Source: Catajapyx aquilonaris (lineage: Eukaryota). Taken from it: a stretch of DNA of 20,000 nucleotides. The stretch lies in assembly GCA_000934665.2 (NCBI GenBank), contig KZ538698.1, forward strand, positions 45,748 through 65,747, given 5' to 3'. The translations under genes were made by a program, and so were the position numbers. Shown here one piece after another: positions 11,217 to 20,000 of the stretch (the stretch's first letter is position 1; the number at the start of each line of letters is the position of its first letter). The notes below the pieces were generated by a model. The model saw only the letters and a program-made list of their open reading frames with translations. It had not been told where the DNA came from and searched no databases.

Positions 11217-11521
11217 TCAATACACTTCCAGATCATGCGAGAAGAATATGGCTGCATTGTCCCCACCACAAATGAGGCTGGACCGGAAAACATCCAGAGT
11301 GTTGATGGCCAGGTGGGAGTCGGGCAGCGCTGCCTTGGTTGCTACCCGTCCTTGCGCCAGACTACCACTGAGCCACAGCGATTCCATGGGTGCCTTCAGT
11401 GCCTGCGAGTATGTGCCGCCGGCTCTGGACTTGAGTGCATCATTCCACTGCCAAGTCTCTCCTCCAAATGAGCAAGTGAACAGATGGTTCGGATTCAAGG
11501 GATGGAACTTCAGCTCACGGA
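11217..11521 (-). CDS. Nup43: Nucleoporin Nup43, exon 6 (last)
   Basis: TTTTCCCCAG| acceptor; VRELKFHPLNPNHLFTCSFGGETWQW...LWLSG...AINTLDV...LICGGDNAAIF...Y*; TGA at 11217-11219. Confidence 0.95.
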
Positions 11522-11574
11522 CTGGGGAAAAAGCAGCTCAATTATCCGACAATTGCGGAAGAACATGCCAGTAC

Positions 11575-11716
11575 CTTCTGATGTATGTCCCTTAAGCAGG
11601 GTGACAGGATACTTTTCCCTCCGGATGTCCCATATTCCGAGTGTCCCTTCCTCCGTCCCTGTCGCAACAATGTGGGGCTGGGTTGGATGCTGATCAATGC
11701 AGGTTATGCCCACCAT
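11575..11716 (-). CDS. Nup43: Nucleoporin Nup43, exon 5
   Basis: CIDQHPTQPHIVATGTEEGTLGIWDIRREKYPVTLLKGH; AG/GT boundaries, phase 0/1. Confidence 0.96.
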
Positions 11717-11768
11717 CTGCAAGGATAATTACTGAATTCACATTTGTGCAGGCTCATTATAGATGTAC

Positions 11769-11917
11769 CTTGTCTTCGGAGAAGGTAAATATGGCAGCGG
11801 GTTTATCACATGAGGTAAGCAGATCGTATACTTTCAGCTGACCTCGCAGGTTGGCCACCATCAACTCATTGTGCTTTAAGTAGCAGACACTTGTTAGCCA
11901 ACCGCTCTCGCCTTTAT
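11769..11917 (-). CDS. Nup43: Nucleoporin Nup43, exon 4
   Basis: DKGESGWLTSVCYLKHNELMVANLRGQLKVYDLLTSCDKPAAIFTFSEDK; TTTGCAG| acceptor and |GTACAT donor, phase 1/0. Confidence 0.93.
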
Positions 11918-11974
11918 CTGCAAACATTTAATTATACAGTCTAGCTTCAGTAATTAATGAACTGTGTTCGTTAC

Positions 11975-12093
11975 CGATGGACCGCATTGGCTCTTGTCTT
12001 GCCGGGTTGAGCATAACTATCCTGCCGTCTTCGCCAACAGTTGCGATTTCCTCCTTAAAATTAGTAACTGCAGTGCATGGCAGCTCTTTGTAC
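11975..12093 (-). CDS. Nup43: Nucleoporin Nup43, exon 3
   Basis: YKELPCTAVTNFKEEIATVGEDGRIVMLNPARQEPMRSI, including the Nup43 TVGEDGRI motif; CTGTAG| acceptor and |GTAACG donor. Confidence 0.94.
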
Positions 12094-12175
12094 CTACAGA
12101 CAATATGGCACCAGTTAATTCGTATTTTACAATAAATCTTACAGCATGAGTTTGTTTCTGAAAATCAATTGGTAC

Positions 12176-12423
12176 TTTTTGTGAATCCCCGTCCATCCCC
12201 GCAGCAGCTTGAACTTCCAAGCTGCATTGAGGGGGGGTCCAGCCAAATAGATTTCGTACAGCCGTACGCTCCCGTCAGAGCTAGCGGTCAGAAAGCGATC
12301 CGAGTCCATGAACTTGATGTCCATGAAATCGGCCTGTTGAGCCGCCATGTCTACACCGACCGGCATGAATCCTTTTCCAGTCAAATCCTCCTGCTGGAAC
12401 TTCCACAACTTCATCTCATTAAC
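12176..12423 (-). CDS. Nup43: Nucleoporin Nup43, exon 2
   Basis: VNEMKLWK...DFMDIKFMDSDRFLTASSDGSVRLY...WTGIHK; TTTGCAG| acceptor and |GTACCA donor (phase 2). Confidence 0.92.
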
Positions 12424-12473
12424 CTGCAAAAACGTGCATTAGAATTTTGCACTCACATGCTTGTAACACTTAA

Positions 12474-14219
12474 GTAAGTTCGGGTAAGTGCGACAATGGG
12501 GAAAGTCCGGAATTGCTTATAATATATAACATAAGGTGGCAGGAGCTATCAAAAATCACGAAAACGTTCATGATGACCTTTGTCCACTCTGCTAAAAGTA
12601 GCACAACCTTCTCTCTTTCATAACATCAAGAGCTAAGTTATTAGCTAAAATAGCAGCCAAGTGCAAGGTGGCCTTTAAACTTTGGCAAGTATGTAAGTAT
12701 CATTTGCAGAATTTCTCACGAGTCATGAATCTCATGCTGCATAACCACTCTGGAAGTGTACATAAGAGGTTAAGGTGTGCTGTCACGCTGTTATTGTTCC
12801 ATTTTGGTGGTATAATCATGCTGGTTTTAAACGGGGCCGCACTTGCCCCTAACAAGTCATGGTCAGGGGCAAGTGCGCACCCAATTAATATGATGGATCG
12901 AATTGCAATATTGGGGGAATAAAACTAGCGGGCACCAAAAGAGGAGACAAGACATATTTTTGTGGGTCACCAGTGGATATTTTGCAAATGGCAACTGGCT
13001 AATTTCGAACACTGGTGTGAAAACACTTCCACAGAATGCATTTAAATCAGATAATGCCAGTACCATTAGCCAACCTGTTGCAGAGCAGTGAATAAAAGTG
13101 TGTCATGTAAGAACTCATCAGAATTTTTTAAAATTCAGAATATACAGACTGACAGAGGAAGTTTGTGTCTTTGTGGCACTAGTCCTATGCAACCAGAGCA
13201 ATGTTTATTACTGTGAGAGAATTCCACAGTTGCACTTACCCCATATCGCGGGGCACGTGCGGCACTGTGCACCACGTGCATATTTTAATTATTTTTCGGA
13301 GCACCCACATAGATGAATGTTATGCAATACGCCATTTTGAAAGGCAATAATAAGGTAAGGTACATCCCAGGTATCAAACCCATATGTGCACTGCAACTTT
13401 TTCTATTTTGAGCCCATATTTGGCCCATATTGGACTCATATTAATTAATATTATGGCCCCCCATATGGGTCCAATATAGAGAAAAGTTGCAGTGCCCATA
13501 TTGGCTACCCATATTGGACCCATATTAATATGGGCTGGCATTGTGGGCTGCCCAGATGGGGCCCATGTAGGGGCTGCCTCGTCAGAATCACGGGAAGTGA
13601 CTTACTATTAGCTGCAACCTCGTTGCAGTCTTACACTCTGACAGGCTGTTGCGATGGTTGGTTGTTTGGTTGCCAGAGAAGTCTAGAAGTGCCTGGCTTG
13701 TATGGCTCTTTTTGTTGAGCCTTTGCAGAAAAAGCCGCCTTTCCATACTGAGAGTTGTCCTGCTTGCACCAAAAACATTGCCATCGAACTATTCTAGCAA
13801 ATTTATGTCACAATGAAGTAGGTCGGGGGTAAATGAGCCGTATGCAGTTGAGTCTCCTGCCACCTTTGTGCACATGTAATGACCAAAATTAATTCGCATT
13901 GTTGTGGGATAAATCGGAGAAGACTTGCAACAATAATCCGATGGCAGCGCCATATGGACGTGGGTTGAATATGGGCTATTTGGCCCCACATACCCCAGAG
14001 GCTGAATGTGGGCACAATATGGGCTATATGCCCCCACATAGCTCACATAGTGCCCATATGGGTTTAATATGGGCTATATGGAGCCCATATATGCCCACAT
14101 AGGCCCCCATATAGCTTGCTACCTGGGATATTGTCCATCACTTATTGCTAAATACTGAGGAAGTAGCATGCCTTTAAACCGCACCTAATCAAAATCCGGC
14201 CGCACTTACCCCGACTTAC
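12474..14219. mobile_element. TIR DNA element filling most of Nup43 intron 1
   Basis: GTAAGTTCGGGTAAGTGCG (12474-12492) is inverted relative to CGCACTTACCCCGACTTAC (14201-14219); internal GCACTT(A/G)CCCC repeats at ~12839, 12866 and 13233. Confidence 0.6.
13366..14127. mobile_element. Non-autonomous CMC/EnSpm-like element nested in the intron-1 element
   Basis: AT|CCCAGGTATCAA ... TTGCTACCTGGG|AT (CCC/GGG termini, 2-bp TSD); dense subterminal CCCATAT/ATATGGG repeats at both ends. Confidence 0.8.
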
Positions 14220-14290
14220 CCTGTTTATTCCCCCCCCCCCCACGCCCCTATTTTTAACTGCACTTATTTTATTCTGCCCAGTTTAAGAAC

Positions 14291-14419
14291 CTTGCTCCCC
14301 CATGATCCTGTCAGGAAGACTTGTGTTGACTGTGATCCAAGGAACCAATCTTCAGAGGCGGGTCTCCATCTGATTTTGCTCACTTTGTGAGGCGTGAACT
14401 TCGCAAAAGAACGCTCCAT
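14291..14419 (-). CDS. Nup43: Nucleoporin Nup43, exon 1
   Basis: ATG at 14419; MERSFAKFTPHKVSKIRWRP...FLTGSWGSK matches the Nup43 N-terminus (AKFVSQKISKTRWRP...FATGSW); donor AAG|GTTCTT joins in phase 0 to exon 2. Confidence 0.93.
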
Positions 14420-14530
14420 TTCCGACGCGACCTCAGTCAGACGGGGCTCAACCAGGCTCAACTGTCACTAACGGTCACAGCCATGGAGGTAGTAAAATAG
14501 TGGCCATTTTATAGTCGCTCCAACCGGTGT

Positions 14531-14626
14531 CCAGGATTGGTCAAAATAACGCGGGTCACGATTGGTCAAAACAACGCCGGCGTTGTTTTGACCAATCGTG
14601 ACCCGCGTTATTTTGACCAATCCTGG
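14531..14626. repeat. 96-bp perfect spacerless palindrome with four CCAAT boxes
   Basis: CCAGGATTGGTCAAAATAACGCGGGTCACGATTGGTCAAAACAACGCC|GGCGTTG...CCTGG, centre at 14578/14579. ATTGG at 14536 and 14561; CCAAT at 14592 and 14617. Confidence 0.95.
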
Positions 14627-14743
14627 CGGCCGGTCACTAGCGTCCCCACCCCCATTCCCCAACTGAACAGCCTGGGGGTGTGGGTGGGTGAGGTTCCGCA
14701 GGATGGAACAGCCGCTTACACGTCCGCGCTTTTGTGGGTAGGG

Positions 14744-14772
14744 TATAAAACGGCCAATTTTCCCGCCCATTC
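14744..14772 (+). promoter_or_regulatory. Histone-gene-like core promoter (TATA box and CATTC cap motif)
   Basis: TATAAAA 14744-14750, CCAAT 14754, E2F-like TTTCCCGC 14759-14766, CATTC 14768-14772; directly upstream of the first H3 fragment. Confidence 0.5.
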
Positions 14773-14806
14773 GACCAGTCTTGATCAGGTGCTAGCTGAA
14801 TCGCGT

Positions 14807-14901
14807 TTGTTTGAGGACACCAACATCTGCGCCATCCACGCCAAGAGGGTCACCATTATGCCCACCAGCTTGCCCGCCGCATCCGTGGAGAACACGCTTA
14901 A
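14807..14901 (+). pseudogene. H3: Histone H3 C-terminal fragment, copy 1
   Basis: LFEDTNICAIHAKRVTIMP [7-nt deletion] QLARRIRGEHA*; approximately the first 100 codons are missing. Confidence 0.95.
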
Positions 14902-14948
14902 AATCTACAGCCCCTGTTAACCTCATCCGACCTCATCACTAAAAAAAC

Positions 14949-14990
14949 AGCCCTTTTCAGGGGTACCACACCTATCACGTAGAGAGAAGT
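14949..14990 (+). other. Histone 3' stem-loop and purine-rich downstream element, copy 1
   Basis: AGCCCT-TTTC-AGGGGT-ACCACA (one stem mismatch), then AGAGAGAAG at 14981. Confidence 0.85.
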
Positions 14991-15098
14991 TATGCAATTC
15001 TGAGCATGTAGTTATTAAGGTAGCACCATTGTCGACTGGCTTGTTTGTACCGGAAGGGAAACGCTGCTCTCGACAAGGTGACCTGGATCATACCCCGC

Positions 15099-15200
15099 CT
15101 ATTTGAGGACGCCAGCCTGTGGGCCATCCACACCAAATGGGTCACCATCATGGCCAAGAACATCCAGCTCGCCTGCCGCATCCGTGGAGAGCAACCCTAT
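15099..15200 (+). pseudogene. H3: Histone H3 C-terminal fragment, copy 2
   Basis: [33 protein letters not shown]; many substitutions and the stop codon is lost. Confidence 0.93.
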
Positions 15201-15224
15201 TTCCACCTGCCCACATTTGATAAC

Positions 15225-15262
15225 AGCCCTGTTCAGGGCTACCACACCTGTCACGTTGAGAT
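15225..15262 (+). other. Histone 3' stem-loop, copy 2
   Basis: AGCCCT-GTTC-AGGGCT-ACCACA (perfect stem, one loop substitution), then TTGAGATA. Confidence 0.85.
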
Positions 15263-15492
15263 ATGCAGTTAGTAATTAAGGTAGCATCATTTCGCAAGGA
15301 AATGGTTGCGCTAGTAAAGACATGACTCCGCTTGACCCCTAACCCCCAGTATCTAGTAGTCCTCATACAGCAATGATAATGGAGATGGGAAAGGAAAGGC
15401 AGGTGTTGGTGTATGTGTTAATTGGAACTGGGAGGTGTGAAGCCCAACATCCATGCCACGCTGCTGCCCAAGAAGATGGGGTAGGTGTTACT

Positions 15493-15494
<2 letters not shown>

Positions 15495-15577
<83 letters not shown>

Positions 15578-15901
15578 TCCGGGGTAGTGCTGACCTCATC
15601 AGAGGTACGTAGCATGGACCTTAATTTATTATGTCAAGTACATTGGAGCCTTTATACGTAACGCCCGGGCCCACGGGCAGGATGACAGGAGGGGATGTGC
15701 AAGGTGCAGTGGATCTGACGCTGTGGCCATTTTTAGTGAACTTCCCCGGGTGGTTTAGTCTGTGGAAGTACCACCCGAGACGAAGCCAGAGGTGACCCTG
15801 AACTCCGCACGAGATGAAGGGGGTGTCCCCGGGTTGGGATCGAACCCGGGACCTAAACATCCGTGGGCGCGTACGTTACCGTAGCACCACTTCGCCTCCC
15901 C
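15495..15901 (-). mobile_element. tRNA-derived SINE with (ATT)n tail
   Basis: Minus strand starts GGGGAGGCGAAGTGGTGCTACGG (A-box-like), B box GGTTCGATCCC, tail 15495-15577; 16-bp TSD GGGTAGGTGTTACTTA at 15479-15494 and 15902-15917. Confidence 0.9.
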
Positions 15902-16548
15902 GGGTAGGTGTTACTTAACTACCAACAGGAGGAAAAATAGTAATGTTTGATAGCATATTTGCAAAAACCCACAGACCGGTTCTTATTTCAATAAGACTGG
16001 TGTAGGCCTAATTGTGTATCTTCTGCACATATCTTAGAAGTGACATGCTACTGCCACTTGCACTTAGCAGTTTGCATATGTATAGTACAGTGCAATTATT
16101 AAATGAGGTTTTTGTAGAGTACGACAATACCTTCTAGCATATATGGTCAGTGGTAACCAGTCATATTTTGACGGTGATATTATTATATGTTTGGTACTTT
16201 GATTCAGTTTGTGATTTGAAGCTCTTATTCTAGGCCACATCCACTTTCAATTTAGAGGCAAGTAAAAGCAATGTTATTATTATTATGTATCGTACATAGA
16301 CTATTACTAGCAGGGGACCCGTTCTTCATACAAGACAATGCCAATGCTCTATCCATCATCTCTGGAGATCTATCCCCTTACACCATAGGATACACAGTAG
16401 GTACAGAATGGCCATGGAATAGATGATGTGGTGAAAATTTACGTTTTCAATCAGTAAATAGCAGCTGAGGCAGCTAAACCCACTCAAGGTAGATAAAAAA
16501 TTAATATATTTTCATTGCTGGAAATAAAGATCAAATTGATAGGTATTT

Positions 16549-18431
16549 ACATACATAACATCACGACATTAATCCCATGATGGGGTAGCCAGGATGACCA
16601 AGTACATTCGCAAGCATAAAGATGTGGATGGTAGAGCAGAGATCTTCCTCGCCCCATGGGCTCTTTGCATGACGTCAGCCCTTCACCCACAGCCCCAGGG
16701 TAGGCCTACTAGTCTAGGACATGCTAAGAATACTTTAATAGCGACAATGGTTACCCAGCCCATGAGGGCTGCACCATCTTCATCATCCACAGTCCCCTAT
16801 TTATTAACAAACAATAATTACAATCCAACATAGCAAATGGCAAACCCAAACCCCCACAGGCGTTTACCAGACGACTCAAATGTCTGTCCACGATAAGGCA
16901 GAAAGTATTCAAGTCCTCCCACAGTTTAGCCGTCCGAACGCCCTTGGAACATGGCCACCCCAGTCCCCTGGACACAGCAGCACACAGAAGAGAACTATGG
17001 GCCCATAGAACCTCAGGAAGGAGACGTGCTCCGCATCCTGTTGTCCAGTTCCACAGGGACAGGCAGTGTCCCCCTTCAGTCCAAATCGATGCAAATAAGC
17101 CAGGAAAGGGCCATAACCAGACACTATGTGTGCTAAGTGTCCAGGAACATGTCTATCTTCGGTCACCAACGAGAAGAACCGGTGGTACCAGCTGCCACGA
17201 GCCCTGCTTCAGCCATTTTGCCAGGACTTCTCTGCTCTTCCCAAGGATTGATGTCTCAGCACAGCCTTTGTCACTGGCAAAAATCTCCACCCCACCGTCA
17301 GGGAAGCTGTCTGCTTCGCTTCTTGGTCCGCTAGCTCGTTCCCAGGAGTTCCATTATGTGCCTTAACCCAGCACAGCTGCACCTCAGCCACTATACCATG
17401 AAGAGTCTGCATGGCCGCTCCACTGCCAGCGATAGTGACCTGGGATCAGCGATGGTTTGTAGAGCCGACATTGAGTTGGACACTACCCAGGCCACCTGTC
17501 CATGTCACCAGGAAGGCTCATGTCCACCAGAACCTCTAGCGCCCTTCCCACCATTTTCATCAGCTCCACCTCATTGATCCTCACTGTGTTGACGAATGGC
17601 ATCAGCTCGATGAACTGCCTGTTCCCCTCCCCTGCCATGCACAGCAATGCGCCACCCGCACTGCAGCCTCTGGTCACTGAATCGTCCGTGAAGGCGATAA
17701 GATCTAGGCCTACACCTCGCAGAACATATGTCCATGTTAGTATGTCCAGGCGACGCCACAGCCAAGGGGGAATCAGATGTCGTAACGTGTTGTTTTTGGC
17801 ACCATCAGTCCAGAAATCACCTGAGGGATTCTAGCACAGCGTTGCTCCACCAGTTTGTCAACTCTAGGCACCAGCAGGGGTACCAACTGAAAAGTTGTAC
17901 CAAATTTTGACGCTGATTGACTTGACATGTCAAGGGCATGAAATCGAAATTCCCTTCCTTTAGTAGGTTGACATATTATTCTCCATAATTGACCTCCCAT
18001 TGTTTGACCTGTGATCTGCAGACAGAGTTCCTAGCTTGAATTGATTCCATGCCTTCTCAGCCCGCCCATGACAGATTTTCCCTACACCTGCCAGACGTGA
18101 CCTTCTGACCCTTGCGGAGAGGCTGTGCACATTTCACGAGGGTTCAAGAAATAGTTGGTGACCCACGTCAGGTCAGGTCCAACCCCACCCGTTTTGCCAT
18201 ATCATATAGCATGTAAAGAGTTCCTAGCTTGAATTGATTCCATGCCTTCTCAGCCCGCCCATGACAGATTTTCCCTACACCTGCCAGACGTGACCTTCTG
18301 ACCCTTGCGGAGAGGCTGTGCAAATGTCACGAGGGTTCAAGAAATAGTTGGTGACCCACGTCAGGTCAGGTCCAACCACCCGTTTTGCCATATCATATAG
18401 CATGTAAAGAGTTCCTTGCTTGAATTGATTC
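16549..18431 (-). mobile_element. 5'-truncated, decayed R1-like non-LTR retrotransposon (RNase H + zinc finger)
   Basis: AFTDDS, NEVEL, VVSNSMSAL, LCWVKAHNGTPGNELADQEAK; SGYGPFLAYLHRFGLKGDTACPCGTGQQDAEHV; (TATG)-like tail at ~16549-16560; frameshifted. Ends are approximate and no TSD was found. Confidence 0.88.
18024..18431. repeat. Near-identical tandem repeat, unit 193/191 bp, 2 copies plus 24 bp
   Basis: AGAGTTCCT(A/T)GCTTGAATTGATTC begins at 18024, 18217 and 18408. Confidence 0.95.
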
Positions 18432-19245
18432 TTTCTTTCTAGCAGATAAAGAACCAGAAAAACACATTTTGAACTTGAACTTCACATAGAAATTCGCCAT
18501 GTTACCTTTTATGTCGTATATACATGACCATATATGGCCATCTCTGTTTCTCATACAGTAGAACCAGCCAATCGACATATTTTATTGTCATTTTCGTGTA
18601 CTGTTCAGCACCTCGAAATTAGTCAAGATTAGCTACTTTCATTTCAAAAACTCTTTGTGTGTTGCTCAATGTAATTTTCAGAGTCCCTCTTTCACTAGCA
18701 AGTCTCGAAAGATGGTTTTACAAATAACAATGGCCACATTATATTACTGCCTGTGCCTATAGTTAGAAAGTTAGCAGTATTGTACTGCACACAAAAGTAG
18801 AAAGCAAAACCAAATACCCATGGGATGACTTTCTTGATAGTAGTCTCTGTCAGGTAGTGTTCCTGCAATTCACTACAGCTATGGTGCTCAAATTCATCAA
18901 TGCAATCTGCCGATCCCATGTGGTCGCAATCAAGTGATCTGAGTCATAGTGTGGGAAGGACATAGCTGCTTTAAGCAGTACATTTTAAAATATAGATGTA
19001 AAGGACTATTACATACTTGTGCTACACATCTTTAAATTCATGAAACAATCAACGAACCTTCATTCCAGATAGGATATCAATCATCAATGTCTTCAAAGAT
19101 CATCACTTCATGCATTTTGGATGGCTCATCTTTCCCTTCTCCTAGGAGCTCCTCTCTAGATAGGAGACAGACTAAGAGAGATGCCAGTCTTTCCTCTCTT
19201 CTTTTTCCTCTTCGTTTCTCTCTCTCCATCTGTCCCACCTTCTTC

Positions 19246-19333
19246 TTATAGCCAGATAGCCATAGTTGCTTTGGCTTCTTCCGAATAAACAAAACCAAAC
19301 CTCTCTTTCAACTCAAAGTGCAATCTGGTAAAC
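19246..19333 (-). CDS. Probable downstream exon of the gene entering from the right edge
   Basis: TTTGTCCTGCAG| acceptor. A phase-2 join gives (V)FTRLHFELKERFGFVYSEEAKATMAIWL*; an overlapping frame runs on to 19077. Confidence 0.45.
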
Positions 19334-19788
19334 CTGCAGGACAAAGTGCAAAGTTCTTAGAAAATATATTAGCAAGCAAAAAATAATTGATCATAGTGTT
19401 ATTATCTTTCTCCAATATTCAGTCAAGTTCTGTACAGTATCAATAATGCTGATTCAGCATCCTCATTAGCACAGCCCTGCACAGCCTTAAATTTCTCATA
19501 TGCAGGTGCATGTGATGCTCACTCATAGCACTTTTATTTGCCAGGCACATAAAAAGGTTCCATACATAAGTTCATATTTTTACATGCAATTTTCCTGTGT
19601 GCATAAGAATCAACAATCCAGCACATCATTCTACTGTGTTACTTCACCTAAAGTGGCATGTCATTGTAGTCGAGGTCGATCAGTTTTTAGAAATGCATGC
19701 ATGATCTGGTGGCTATACTGGAATGCCAGTCTAGTGAGGTATGCTGGTCTAGTGAGGTGTGCTGGTATGAGGTGAGGTCTTCACTTAC

Positions 19789-20000
19789 ACTATCCTTTCA
19801 GAATTGGATATTTCCTTGAAATCAAAAACCATGAAAAGGCTAATCAAAAGAGGAGAAAATTTCAATATAGTATCGTCCCACTGTCGCCAAATAAATGAAT
19901 CATCTGGGTCATTCCATGTCAATTCACCGAGCCCCCTGACCCTTGGGTTGTCAGATTTTGACGAAAATTGGCGAATCGCTTTAATTACGTCTTTCAAAAA
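19789..20000 (-). CDS. Exon of an unknown gene, possibly a highly divergent HSF-like winged helix; runs off the window
   Basis: Open frame FLKDVIKAIRQ...GELTWNDPDDSFIWRQ...LISLFMVFDFKEISNSERIV ending at a consensus donor GT|GTAAGT. Confidence 0.55.

Noticed and set aside
13380..14115. CRISPR-like or coding repeat array
   Set aside because: Irregular short CCCATAT repeats in both orientations inside TIRs, i.e. EnSpm-like subterminal repeats in a eukaryote.
14468..14920. 127-aa and 100-aa ORFs with the same peptide on both strands; apparent H3 fusion protein
   Set aside because: The identity is a consequence of the palindrome, the starts are non-ATG, and the H3 part is frameshifted.
15578..15612. 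Hammerhead ribozyme core CTGATGAG on the minus strand at the SINE 3' end
   Set aside because: No GAAA after stem II. The motif is better explained as the hairpin ACCTC-TGAT-GAGGT of the SINE tail.
18695..18919. 74-aa minus-strand ORF
   Set aside because: No motifs or splice support; more likely 3' UTR of the right-hand gene (AATAAA on the minus strand at 18581-18586).
19729..19766. 18-bp tandem repeat GTCTAGTGAGGTRTGCTG x2
   Set aside because: Real but a trivial intronic duplication.
6866..19789. Single HSF-like gene with Nup43 nested on the same strand (the 19789 donor is phase-compatible with a 10-nt exon at 6875)
   Set aside because: A good acceptor lies at 19334, same-strand nesting is rare, and the join would duplicate helix-3-like segments. 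It cannot be excluded without RNA data.

Overview
Eukaryotic, very probably arthropod/insect, genomic DNA: spliceosomal introns as short as 52-59 nt, tRNA-derived SINEs, R1-like LINEs and MITEs. The one confidently complete gene is nucleoporin Nup43 on the minus strand (6 exons, 14419->11217, 1092 nt CDS, 363 aa), reconstructed from GT-AG sites and WD40/Nup43 motifs. Minus-strand exons on either side encode divergent heat-shock-factor (HSF)-type DNA-binding domains: a convincing one at 6806-6609 and a weaker one at 20000-19789/19333-19246. Upstream of Nup43, head-to-head, lie a 96-bp perfect palindrome with four CCAAT boxes, a TATA/CATTC histone-type promoter and two tandem 3' fragments of histone H3, each followed by a histone stem-loop. 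The rest is densely packed, partly nested transposons: 2 decayed R1-like LINEs with RNase H, an RTE tail, 3 tRNA-SINEs with TSDs, pogo/Tigger-, PIF-, EnSpm- and piggyBac-like non-autonomous elements, and a hAT transposase remnant. All family calls come from motif recognition by eye; no database search was run.
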